A stretch of 51,724 nucleotides of DNA from Thermoplasmata archaeon (lineage in GTDB: Archaea > Thermoplasmatota > Penumbrarchaeia > JAEHCK01 > GCA-020356005). Location of the stretch: positions 2,992,765-3,044,488 of the forward strand of contig CP070629.1 in the NCBI GenBank assembly GCA_020356005.1, given 5' to 3'. Positions 41,830-50,869 of the stretch are shown here, one piece after another. Each line of letters starts with the position of its first letter. Position 1 is the stretch's first letter. The translations under genes were made by a program, and so were the position numbers. Below the pieces are notes generated by a model. It did not search any database. It was not told the origin of the DNA and saw nothing but the letters and a program-made list of their open reading frames with translations.

Positions 41830-41987
41830 CTATACTTTTAGCAATGTCACTATGTTGGAAAAGGACCTCAAGATTTAAATACCAATTTCTAGCCAGACTT
41901 TCTAGTTTTTTGGACTATAAATTATCAATATTCAGAGTGCATTATCAACTTCTATCTTATTGAGAAGCCTAAGATAGAGGTGGTAAA

Positions 41988-44900
41988 TTGAGCCGAATTT
42001 TCAGTTTATTCATTGTATTGATTTTAACAATAAGTTTTTTAGGAATATTTAGTGAAAGTAATAATGCGACTGATAATGATTATGAAAAAAATGATACAAG
42101 TAGCAGGGGCGGTCCAACATATGTTAGCGGTGTAATATCTGTAAACACTACATGGACCGTGGCTAACAGCCCATACATTGCAAAAAGCAATTTATTGGTA
42201 GATAATCAAACTACTTTAACCATAAAACCAGGTGTAGTAGTTAAATTTGACCAAGGATATTATTTAATGGTCAAAGGAACACTTTCTGCTGTTGGAAATG
42301 AAAATAATTATATTGTTTTTACCTCGAATCAAGGTAGTTGGGAATATATAAAATTCGAAGATGAGTCAAACGATTTAAATTCCTCAATAGAATATTGTGA
42401 AATAAAGTATGCAGATAGGGGGATTTATTGTTATTATTCTTCCCCTAGAATCTCAAATAACATTATTTCTAATAATCGTGATGGAATAAATTGTTGGTAT
42501 TCAAATATACATCGAATAAATAATAATACCATAGAAATGAATGAACGCGGTATTGTTATGGCAAAGAGTTCTCCTATAATATTTAATAATTCAATCAATA
42601 GAAATAAACAGGGTATCAGCTGTCACGAAAAAAGTTCACCAACGATAATATATAATAATATCTCAAGAAATGATAGAGGTATTGTATTTGAGTTTGGGGG
42701 ATCAGCTAAAATTTACAACAATACAATAAATAAGAATAAGAAAGGAATTCATATATTTGGTCAACCAGAATTATATCCAAAGATTTCAAATAATAATATT
42801 TTGGATAACTTTGAATACAATATACAAAATGAATATAATAAAAATGACGTCAATGCAACTAATAATTATTGGGGTACAATAGAAATCTTGCAAATAGATA
42901 ACAGGATTTACGATTTTTATGATGATTTTCAATGGGGTAAGGTTATTTATAAGCCGTTTTTACAAGATCCCAGTACAGATGCACCCAAGTTTGAAAAAAA
43001 TAAACCGCCAATTGCCGAAGCTGGTTCGGATCAAAGTATTATAATTAATAAAACATTAATTTTTGATGGCAGCAAATCATATGACCCTGATAATGATGTT
43101 TTAACATATAAATGGGATTTCGGTGATGGAACATCGACTGACTGGCAAGATAATTGTAACGCCTCATATATTTATAATAAAACTGGAATCTACACAGTAA
43201 CTATTATGGTTTCGGATGGATTACTTACAGATAACGATACATGTAAAGTTAATGTATCGGGTGAAGGAGAAGTACCACAACCCACTTTTTATATAATCAT
43301 AAATTCACCAGCCAACGGCCAAGTGGTTAATGGAACAATTCAGATAATCGGGACGGCGTTTAGCGAGGCGGGAGAAGTAACCAGCGTCCAAGTAAAAATC
43401 GATAATAACAGCTATGAATTGGCAACACCAGGAGAACGAGTAAAAAAGGTGTACAATCCTGAAACGGGTTTATATGAGGATGTTATTATTCCCGATTGGA
43501 GTATCTGGAGCTATAGCTGGAATACAACAGAATTTAATAATGGATTACATATGATTACTGTTCAGGCTATTGATCAGGTGAATAATATTGCTAAAGAAGA
43601 GATTAATGTTACTGTGAATAATACACAGAATATTCCAGTAAATATGATTTTCGAGATTACCCACCCGAATGAAGGAGGTGTTCTTAACGGAACTGTTGAG
43701 ATTTCAGGTAAATTCTGGAGTTCCAGTAAATCAATTCCGTCAATAAAGTTGAAGATAGGTGATGGAAGCTGGTTCATTCCAGATGTATTTCAATGGTATG
43801 ATTGGTGGCTTTTTAATTACTTATGGGATACCACAAAGTACAATGACGGAATTTATGAAATCGCCGTAAAAGGTAAAATCGATTCCGAGGAATTGGTGGA
43901 CAGTGTACTCGTCGTGGTCAATAACGGCGGCAATAAATCATCTTTTGGTGTTAAAATAACAAACCCCCAGAACGCTGAAATCCTTAATGGGACTTATACG
44001 GTGATAGGTTATACCTGGAATTATGATTATGATATTTTGGGAATCGAAATCAGGGTAGATAACCATCCGTGGCAGGAAGTGACCGAATTAGACCAGAAGC
44101 ATATTTCCAATAATGATGATCCTGAATCGGACCCTGAAACGTCATTTAAATTAAATTGGATCGATTGGAGTCATGAACTGGACAGTCGGCCGTATAAGGA
44201 GGGAATACATGAAATAACTGTAAAAGTATATGATTCCAAGGCGACCAAATTTTCGTTTGTTAACGTGATTTTCATCAATGAAGAATATTCCCCAGACGAT
44301 ATAGATCCAGACCAGACCGAGGAAGTACTTGGAATCAAAATAACCCATCCTTATAACGGCGAAATAGTTATCGGCAGCGTAGAAATCCAGGGACTTGCAT
44401 GGTCCAGGTTTGAAAATATCACATCAGTTGAGATCCAAATAGATGAACTGGGTTACATACCTGCCCAGGCTGCTGAAGAGGATTGGACCGTTTGGGGTTA
44501 TATATGGGATACCACCATTCATAAAAATGGTATACATAAAATCAGTGTAAGAATAAATGTTGTTATTGGTGAAAAAACACTATCGGATACAACCACAGTG
44601 CTTGTAATTATCAACAATGCCGTTGAAGGGCCGGGCCAGCCACCCAGAGCCGATATTGAAGTGATAATCTGGACCCCTAAGGAGAACGAGACTGTGAGCG
44701 GAGTCATAGAGGTTTTCGGGTTCGGATGGGCCAGCAATAACGGCACGATACAGGAAATACAAATCAAAATTGATGACGGGCTTTGGCTTCAGGCGAATCC
44801 GATACATTCGGATTGGTGGACTTGGAATTACAGCCTGAACACATCTGAATACGAAAATGGCAAACATAAACTTACCGCGAGATTGAACACCGGAAAGGTA

Positions 44901-45449
44901 TTGATAAATTCATCTATTAATTTCAATATAAACAACACCGGCAAGTCGGTAATAACAGATGATCCGGTCACACCTGATAATGGAGAAGAAGATGAAGATA
45001 TTGATGATGAATCTAATGGAAAAACCGAAAGTGATAAGGATTATTTGAAAAGCACATTTTTATACGCAATCATCATTGCTCTTATTATAATAATTATCAT
45101 TACTTTGTTCTACTCTATAATCTACCAGAACCTCAGAAAAAAGAAAGAAAAAGGTGATCGGGATCTGAAAGATACCGACAGCCGAATAGAAGCTGCCGGT
45201 ACTGGAATTCCCGTAGAACATCCGATTACACCAGAACGTCAAAAGGACCAAGAGGATTTTATCAGAAATTTAAAAGACGAGGCTCTAGTGCCAGAAAAGC
45301 CAAGCGATTTCGATTTGTCCAATGATGGGATGCTGGAAACATTTAAGAGAAGATATGAGGCCGGTGAAATATCCCGGGAGACCTATGATTCAATATTAGA
45401 GACACTGGATGTTCAAAATGATAAATTAGAAATAGAATGGAGATTATAA
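41988..45449 (+). CDS. Large surface protein: signal peptide, right-handed beta-helix (PbH1/NosD-like) repeats, a PKD domain, five Ig-like repeats, a TM helix, and a cytoplasmic tail with a SHOCT-like end
   Basis: SD AGAGGTGG and TTG start. Beta-helix repeats read ISNNIISNNRDGI, INNNTIEMNERGI, FNNSINRNKQGI, YNNISRNDRGI, YNNTINKNKKGI. The PKD segment is LTYKWDFGDGTS...GIYTVTIMVSDG. A roughly 100-aa unit occurs five times (I..P..G..V.G.V.I.G..W......I..V.(V/I).ID......W..W.Y.W(D/N)T....NG.H.I). The TM helix is FLYAIIIALIIIIIITLFYSII. The tail ends FKRRYEAGEISRETYDSILETL. Confidence 0.85.
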   Translation: MSRIFSLFIVLILTISFLGIFSESNNATDNDYEKNDTSSRGGPTYVSGVISVNTTWTVANSPYIAKSNLLVDNQTTLTIKPGVVVKFDQGYYLMVKGTLSAVGNENNYIVFTSNQGSWEYIKFEDESNDLNSSIEYCEIKYADRGIYCYYSSPRISNNIISNNRDGINCWYSNIHRINNNTIEMNERGIVMAKSSPIIFNNSINRNKQGISCHEKSSPTIIYNNISRNDRGIVFEFGGSAKIYNNTINKNKKGIHIFGQPELYPKISNNNILDNFEYNIQNEYNKNDVNATNNYWGTIEILQIDNRIYDFYDDFQWGKVIYKPFLQDPSTDAPKFEKNKPPIAEAGSDQSIIINKTLIFDGSKSYDPDNDVLTYKWDFGDGTSTDWQDNCNASYIYNKTGIYTVTIMVSDGLLTDNDTCKVNVSGEGEVPQPTFYIIINSPANGQVVNGTIQIIGTAFSEAGEVTSVQVKIDNNSYELATPGERVKKVYNPETGLYEDVIIPDWSIWSYSWNTTEFNNGLHMITVQAIDQVNNIAKEEINVTVNNTQNIPVNMIFEITHPNEGGVLNGTVEISGKFWSSSKSIPSIKLKIGDGSWFIPDVFQWYDWWLFNYLWDTTKYNDGIYEIAVKGKIDSEELVDSVLVVVNNGGNKSSFGVKITNPQNAEILNGTYTVIGYTWNYDYDILGIEIRVDNHPWQEVTELDQKHISNNDDPESDPETSFKLNWIDWSHELDSRPYKEGIHEITVKVYDSKATKFSFVNVIFINEEYSPDDIDPDQTEEVLGIKITHPYNGEIVIGSVEIQGLAWSRFENITSVEIQIDELGYIPAQAAEEDWTVWGYIWDTTIHKNGIHKISVRINVVIGEKTLSDTTTVLVIINNAVEGPGQPPRADIEVIIWTPKENETVSGVIEVFGFGWASNNGTIQEIQIKIDDGLWLQANPIHSDWWTWNYSLNTSEYENGKHKLTARLNTGKVLINSSINFNINNTGKSVITDDPVTPDNGEEDEDIDDESNGKTESDKDYLKSTFLYAIIIALIIIIIITLFYSIIYQNLRKKKEKGDRDLKDTDSRIEAAGTGIPVEHPITPERQKDQEDFIRNLKDEALVPEKPSDFDLSNDGMLETFKRRYEAGEISRETYDSILETLDVQNDKLEIEWRL

Positions 45450-45469
45450 TTAAATATTAAGGGTGTAGA

Positions 45470-46051
45470 ATGGCTGTTGAATCCGCTTCTTTGGAACATA
45501 AGACGCGTAAGCAAATCTACAATTATATTTATTCAAATCCAGGCGTACCGTTCAAAATCATCATGAATTTTCTCAGTTTAAATAAATCCACGTTGACCTA
45601 CCACCTGAAGTATCTAGAAAAATCAAATCAAATAACTTCTAAAAGGGAGGGTCGTCAACGGCATTATTTCTGCAATCAACAACCTTCAATTGAATCTAAA
45701 AATCAGCTACCGATAATGGAGAATACGTTGAACAAAAACCAACAAAAAATTCTTGATTTAGTAAAGAACCAGCCGGGGATCTCTGTAAAAGACCTGAATT
45801 TTAGAACCAGAATAAATCAAAGCACAATAGAATATAATTTAAATCGATTAATAGAATTAAAATTAATCTGGAAAGTGAAAACGGATAACGGGATAGGGTA
45901 TGAATATATAACGAAAGATATACTACGAAAAGAAATGTTTAATCGATTATTAAAGAAATTACTAACCAACGAGATCGACGAGGAGACGTATCATCGGATA
46001 CGGAGGAAACTGGAGGATTTGGATTTGGAGGAGCTGGAACCGAGGCAATAA
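45470..46051 (+). CDS. Transcriptional regulator with two winged-helix (ArsR-like) domains
   Basis: wHTH 1 is RKQIYNYIYSNPGVPFKIIMNFLSLNKSTLTYHLKYLEKSNQITSKREGRQRHYF. wHTH 2 is QQKILDLVKNQPGISVKDLNFRTRINQSTIEYNLNRLIELKLIWKV. Confidence 0.7.
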   Translation: MAVESASLEHKTRKQIYNYIYSNPGVPFKIIMNFLSLNKSTLTYHLKYLEKSNQITSKREGRQRHYFCNQQPSIESKNQLPIMENTLNKNQQKILDLVKNQPGISVKDLNFRTRINQSTIEYNLNRLIELKLIWKVKTDNGIGYEYITKDILRKEMFNRLLKKLLTNEIDEETYHRIRRKLEDLDLEELEPRQ

Positions 46052-46053
46052 AA

Positions 46054-46088
46054 TCAGGTTCTGGGTTCTAGGTTCTGGGTTCTAGGGG
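46054..46088. repeat. ATCAGG + GTTCTRG 7-mer array (same family as 41806-41829)
   Basis: The sequence is caggttctgggttctaggttctgggttctaggggg, immediately after the stop of the wHTH gene. Confidence 0.8.
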
Positions 46089-46504
46089 GCATTAATTGTA
46101 ATTAAACTTTGTTTTATAACAAATTGTCAATAAAAATTAGTTTTAAATATACATAAGTACGTAACCCCCTTACAAATGCTCTAAATTTGATTAGGGGACC
46201 CAAGAAACGTACTTTTATTGAAAAGAGCGATTGCCGAATATGATTGGTTCACAGTGCGAGGCTTAATCAGGGCGAAAGATTATTCGATGCAGAACCGGGA
46301 ATTCAACGTAGAGAGGGCAAGCAACGGTTTATCTGATCAAATATTGAATCATCCGAGATTGAGATGATGAGCAGAAAAGCGAATATTTACCTGGCAATAT
46401 AAAGGGGGTGAGAACAAGCTGGTTAATAAAATCGAGAAGAGAGTGTATTTAGAATATGAATAATTATAAAAAGAAATGAAAATAAGAATAGAGGAGGAGA
46501 ATTT

Positions 46505-47140
46505 ATGAAATATCAACCGGAATATATGGAATATGATGAAGTTAAGAAATTATATCCTACCGTTCAGACGATTGAGGATTATACACAAGCTCTGGAAGAG
46601 AAGGAACCGACGGTAATAATGAGGGACTATGATGAACCCACATCACCTCCATTCCTGGAGGGCAAAGTAGAGATTTTCGATTTTAAGAAAGACAAGCGCC
46701 CTGATGAGGATGTAAAAAGAGCCTACGGGACAAAAGGGAATATCCCGGGCATTGATGTGCTGAATGCTATCAGGGAGTTTATCGGAGCCGGCGGGTACTG
46801 CATCCACATAGCTGATTCAAGCTATACTGATTATTCAATCTGGGAAGTCCGTGAGTTCATAAAGAATTTCGATAATACAAATCTTCGGGTCTGGATGCCC
46901 GAGACATTTGATTGCGATGACTTCTCACAGGTTCTGCAGGGAAATATAAACGGCTTTTTCCCGGGGATTGCTTTCGGAACCATATGGTACGGGCCCAGAA
47001 ATCCACCACCGTACTGGGGACACTCTGTGAATCTGTTTTACCATCATAAAGAAAAAGCGGTTTATCTGGTAGAGCCCCAGAGCAATACTTTCTATAAATT
47101 CAATAAAGATATCTGGAAACCGTGGATGATAATTCTTTAA
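46505..47140 (+). CDS. Hypothetical protein with a possible papain-like Cys-His-Glu arrangement (MOA C-terminal-domain-like?)
   Basis: Strong SD GAGGAGGAG. The segments are FDCDDFSQVL ... YWGHSVNLF ... YLVEPQ, and the His-to-Glu spacing is 17 residues. The family call is from memory and tentative. Confidence 0.55.
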   Translation: MKYQPEYMEYDEVKKLYPTVQTIEDYTQALEEKEPTVIMRDYDEPTSPPFLEGKVEIFDFKKDKRPDEDVKRAYGTKGNIPGIDVLNAIREFIGAGGYCIHIADSSYTDYSIWEVREFIKNFDNTNLRVWMPETFDCDDFSQVLQGNINGFFPGIAFGTIWYGPRNPPPYWGHSVNLFYHHKEKAVYLVEPQSNTFYKFNKDIWKPWMIIL

Positions 47141-47292
47141 AATAATTGTAATAAGTGGGCCAGAAGAGGAAATTAATAACAAATGTTAGGCCAGGTAGAA
47201 TAAAACGAAAATCCGGGGGTTACCGATATGGTTTTAAAGCCACTTCGGTAATCCCTACCCTCTTGCGGAGGGCAGCTGAGAAGGTGCTTTCT

Positions 47293-47430
47293 GAGAGACG
47301 AGGGACGAGTAGCGAGTAGCGAAGGCTGACGCCTAGCAATGAGCAGTGAGTGTTGCGCACGGCTGCTTCGCAACCTTGAGTAGTGAGAACATTCGGGGCT
47401 GGGGCCTCGGGCCTGGGGGCTGGGGCCGCC
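47293..47430. repeat. Word arrays: CGAGTAG-type, GAGYAGTGAG-type and GGGGCTGGGGCC-type
   Basis: The sequence reads gagagacgagggacgagtagcgagtagcgaagg ... gagcagtgagtg ... gagtagtgagaac ... ggggctggggcctcgggcctgggggctggggcc. Confidence 0.75.
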
Positions 47431-47667
47431 CGTCCCCCTTTTTCTTTTTTTGATTTTTTATGCTCAATAATTGCTTATAGCGGTATAGCTCACATTGATT
47501 GTCCGGGAGGGGCGTACCGTCTTAGGTCCGGTGTTAAACGACCGTAAGATTCACTTAATATTTTAAGAAAATAAGGGAAATATATAAATATATTGAATCC
47601 CATAAATAGGATACACGTCCCAGATGTAGGACCGGTGTCCCGAATGTAGGATTTGACAAGGTGAAAT

Positions 47668-48261
47668 ATGAAAATAAATAATATTTTGGATAGCACCCTG
47701 GATTCGAAGGCCAAGATCAGGATTTTAAGGACTTTATTCAAGCATCCAGATAGGGAATTCACTGAAAGAGAAATCGCTAACATAATCAATATGAGTCCGA
47801 ATACTGTAAATCTGGCTTTGAAAAATTTAAGAAAGACGAATGTATTTACATACAAAAGGATAGGAGGAACTCATTCCTATAAATGCAATAAAGATTCCGT
47901 TTTATTTAATTTATTTTCAGATATCTTTAAAAAGGAATCACAGATTAGAAAAACTTTATTTGAGACTCTTAAGAAAGATTTTGAATCTATTGGCTCTTGC
48001 GTGATTTATGGGAGCTATGCCAAAGGGGAAGAGGAATTTGACAGCGATCTCGATATAATGGTCATTGCAAAGAATAAAAAGAAAGCAGAGGAAAAAGCCA
48101 ACAAAGCTGCCGATTTAATTCTGAAAAGATATTCAATTGTTTTATCCCCCATTATTTTAACACCTAAAGAATTTAAATTAAAATCAAAAAAGCCGTTCAT
48201 AAAAGAAGCCCTCGAACATGGAATTGTTATTTCTGGAAAAGAATTGGATGTATATCTATAG
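47668..48261 (+). CDS. wHTH + minimal nucleotidyltransferase (MNT) protein, the antitoxin-type partner of HEPN
   Basis: The N-terminal wHTH is KIRILRTLFKHPDREFTEREIANIINMSPNTVNLALKNLRK. The NTase motif is GSYAKGEEEFDSDLDIMVI. Confidence 0.85.
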   Translation: MKINNILDSTLDSKAKIRILRTLFKHPDREFTEREIANIINMSPNTVNLALKNLRKTNVFTYKRIGGTHSYKCNKDSVLFNLFSDIFKKESQIRKTLFETLKKDFESIGSCVIYGSYAKGEEEFDSDLDIMVIAKNKKKAEEKANKAADLILKRYSIVLSPIILTPKEFKLKSKKPFIKEALEHGIVISGKELDVYL

Positions 48262-48270
48262 AGGTCTGAT

Positions 48271-48678
48271 ATGTGCCCTTCGATATCTACCAGAAGTGTC
48301 AACAGGTCATATTATAAAAATTACCTGCTCAAAGCGGAGCAATTTTACAAAACGATGAAATTAAGTTATGAGAAAAAACTCTGGAATTCTGTTGTTGTTA
48401 ATGCCATACATTGTGCTATTTCCAGTGCTGATGCTCTCACTGTATACTATCTCGGTTTCAGGCATGCAGGTGAGAGACATAACGATGTAATTCAGTTACT
48501 TCAACAGCTCGAAATTGATAAAAAAGAGTTAAGAACAAAAACCAGGCAGTTGTCAATGTTGTTATCAATAAAAAATCAAGCGGAGTATGAAGAGAGACTG
48601 ATGGTAGAATCGGATGCAAATTCAGCTTTAAAAGGCAGTGAGAGGTTTTACAGCTGGGTCAAAGAGGAATTGGAATAG
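48271..48678 (+). CDS. HEPN-domain protein (toxin-type partner of MNT)
   Basis: It starts 9 nt after the MNT gene. It is all-helical and has an Rx4-6H motif in GFRHAGERHNDV. The 135-aa size is typical. Confidence 0.8.
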   Translation: MCPSISTRSVNRSYYKNYLLKAEQFYKTMKLSYEKKLWNSVVVNAIHCAISSADALTVYYLGFRHAGERHNDVIQLLQQLEIDKKELRTKTRQLSMLLSIKNQAEYEERLMVESDANSALKGSERFYSWVKEELE

Positions 48679-48780
48679 ATCAGAGGTCCGCTATATGAGG
48701 GATTAAAAAAGTGGTGAATGGTGAGAACACTCATTCACTTCGTTCATTCGTTTGAATGGTGAGTCCACCCCCAGCCCCCC

Positions 48781-48806
48781 TTTTTTCTTTTTTTTATATT
48801 TTTTTG
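48781..48806 (+). terminator. Long T-rich tract after the HEPN gene
   Basis: ttttttcttttttttatattttttt is preceded by the C-run ccccagcccccc. It lies about 100 nt downstream of the stop. Confidence 0.35.
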
Positions 48807-48862
48807 TTCAATATATTTTGACGATCATACCACAATTGTGTTATATATCCACATAAATTATT

Positions 48863-49786
48863 ATGGTGGGTGATGCAATGAATTTTGGGATTTACTATAA
48901 GATGTTAATAGTATTGATTGCAGGATTATTAATGATTGTAACCAGCTATGTGATGGGAATTGAAGATGGTATAAACGACGAAGAATCAAGTGCAACTCAG
49001 CAGGGTAATTATAATAATAAATTCAACAAAACTTCATTGCCTGATAATAATCTTGAACAAGAATTTTTAATGGAATCAAGTTCGTCAGAGGAGAAAACAT
49101 TAATAAAAGAAGAACCCGAAGAAGAGGTCATTGAAAATACAAGTGCAGATCCTGAAACGTATTCTCCGGAGTTATATCTTCATGTTACAGATTCTCCAGA
49201 GATATATTTTCATGTTGAAGACAAGGTAAAGGTCGATATTACAGTTGAAATAAAAGATGGAGTAACAAAAACAATACCCGAAATCCAGCTTGGAAATAAG
49301 GTTACATGGGAAAATTTATTAATCGATAAAAATGGAGTTATTAATTATAATGATAATGAATATGAATTTCTTTACTATGAGGGCCGGTTTCATTACGCAC
49401 CATCGAATTATGGGTGGTTAGTTACAAAAATCGATGAACAGCTTTTTCTTAATGATAACTTAGTTACAGAACAGGAATTACTAGAGTTTATAAAGATCCA
49501 AATGAGAGATTCTGGATTACATGAAAATGAAATTGAATTTCTAATTGATAGAATAACACAGAATAAAATGCTGGATTTTTCCTCAAAATATCTTTTAATT
49601 AGATACATCCCGCAAGCGGATGTTGATGAAGCTATTAAAATTCAAAGTGACCTTAATTTCAATATTATTCGCAGACATTTTTTAATTGAAGCTGTAGATA
49701 ATCATGTTGAAATGAATGATCCAATATACGAAATAATCGAGGATAGCGGGTTTTTGATTCATGAAACGGCAGTAAATCGACATTAG
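48863..49786 (+). CDS. Hypothetical membrane-anchored or secreted protein
   Basis: The N-terminal TM helix is MLIVLIAGLLMIVTSYVMG, followed by an acidic linker and a roughly 200-aa unknown domain. ATG 48878 has the better SD (GGTGGGTGA). Confidence 0.6.
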   Translation: MVGDAMNFGIYYKMLIVLIAGLLMIVTSYVMGIEDGINDEESSATQQGNYNNKFNKTSLPDNNLEQEFLMESSSSEEKTLIKEEPEEEVIENTSADPETYSPELYLHVTDSPEIYFHVEDKVKVDITVEIKDGVTKTIPEIQLGNKVTWENLLIDKNGVINYNDNEYEFLYYEGRFHYAPSNYGWLVTKIDEQLFLNDNLVTEQELLEFIKIQMRDSGLHENEIEFLIDRITQNKMLDFSSKYLLIRYIPQADVDEAIKIQSDLNFNIIRRHFLIEAVDNHVEMNDPIYEIIEDSGFLIHETAVNRH

Positions 49787-49966
49787 GAATTTATTGGGTT
49801 TTTATAAAACTAAAAGAAATACCGTGAAAAGCCCCAGGTCTAATCATGTTGATTTAATTTTATTACAAATGGATATGCCCAGCTGAGCATAACGCTTTTA
49901 TATTGCATATAATATTACTCAAGGCAATGTAAAAAATCTATACATGCGATATATGGAGTTTTAAAG

Positions 49967-50869
49967 TTGAACACCGATGATAACGCCGGGCAAATAGACC
50001 AAGAAAAATTCGGGAAAAAATACTACGGGCGAACAATCGCTATAATCGTGATTCTCATATTGATAATCTCCATCGTAGGCGTGGCCTTATATTATACGGG
50101 CAATCCCGACTCCGATGAAATCCTGCTTCTTGCAACCACAACCTCCACCGCAAATTCCGGGCTGCTGGACGAGATTCTACCGTACTTTGAAGATGAATAT
50201 GATGTCAAGGTAAAGGTAACGCCGGTTGGTACCGGGCAGGCCCTGGAAATGGGCCGTAGAGGCGACGTGGATATCTTGATGGTGCATGCACCTTCCAGGG
50301 AGCAGGAATTCGTTGATGACGGGTACGGTACGCAGAGGTACCTGGTGTGTTACAATTATTTTGTTATTGTGGGCCCCCCTGATGACCCTGTAGATATCAA
50401 ATCTGCCGCGAATGTAACGGATGCAATGAACAGGATCTATGAGGGAGAACACAATTTTGCATCCAGGGGTGATGATTCGGGCACACACACGAAGGAAAAA
50501 AGCCTGTGGGCAGGTGCGGGTTTTGACTATACGAATGACATTGACATCCCGGAAAATGAATGGTACAAATACGTCAGCGCAGGCATGGGAGATACATTAT
50601 TTCGAGCAAATGAACTTGAGGCGTATACGCTTAGCGATGAAGGGACATTCTGGTCCGTAGAAGATACAATTGATCTGGAGATAGTGCTGCGTGAGGATCC
50701 GAACCTGCTTAACCAGTACAGCGTGATACCTGCAAATCCCGACAAGTTCTCGCATGTGAATTACGAGCTGGCGATGAAGTTCGTTGAGTGGATAACATCG
50801 GAAGATACGCAGGATAGGATCGGCAGCTTCGAGGCGAACGACCACAAGCTCTTCACTCCAAATGCATGA
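49967..50869 (+). CDS. tupA: Tungstate (TupA-type) ABC transporter substrate-binding protein
   Basis: The N-terminal anchor is IAIIVILILIISIVGVALYY. The TupA-like core is LLATTTSTANSGLLDEILPYFEDEYDVKVKVTPVGTGQALEMGRRGDVDILMVHAPSRE. Confidence 0.8.
   Translation: MNTDDNAGQIDQEKFGKKYYGRTIAIIVILILIISIVGVALYYTGNPDSDEILLLATTTSTANSGLLDEILPYFEDEYDVKVKVTPVGTGQALEMGRRGDVDILMVHAPSREQEFVDDGYGTQRYLVCYNYFVIVGPPDDPVDIKSAANVTDAMNRIYEGEHNFASRGDDSGTHTKEKSLWAGAGFDYTNDIDIPENEWYKYVSAGMGDTLFRANELEAYTLSDEGTFWSVEDTIDLEIVLREDPNLLNQYSVIPANPDKFSHVNYELAMKFVEWITSEDTQDRIGSFEANDHKLFTPNA

Noticed and set aside
46331-46440. A possible C/D-box sRNA (ATGATGA at 46364-46370).
   Set aside because: There is no CTGA D or D' box at the required spacing of 12 nt or 50-60 nt downstream. 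The only CTGA lies upstream of the C-box-like word.
47173-47855. ORFs at 47173..47373 (-) and 47490..47855 (-).
   Set aside because: The first is a reading of the word-repeat region. The second overlaps the start of the well-supported wHTH-MNT gene on the other strand and its promoter region. Neither has motifs.
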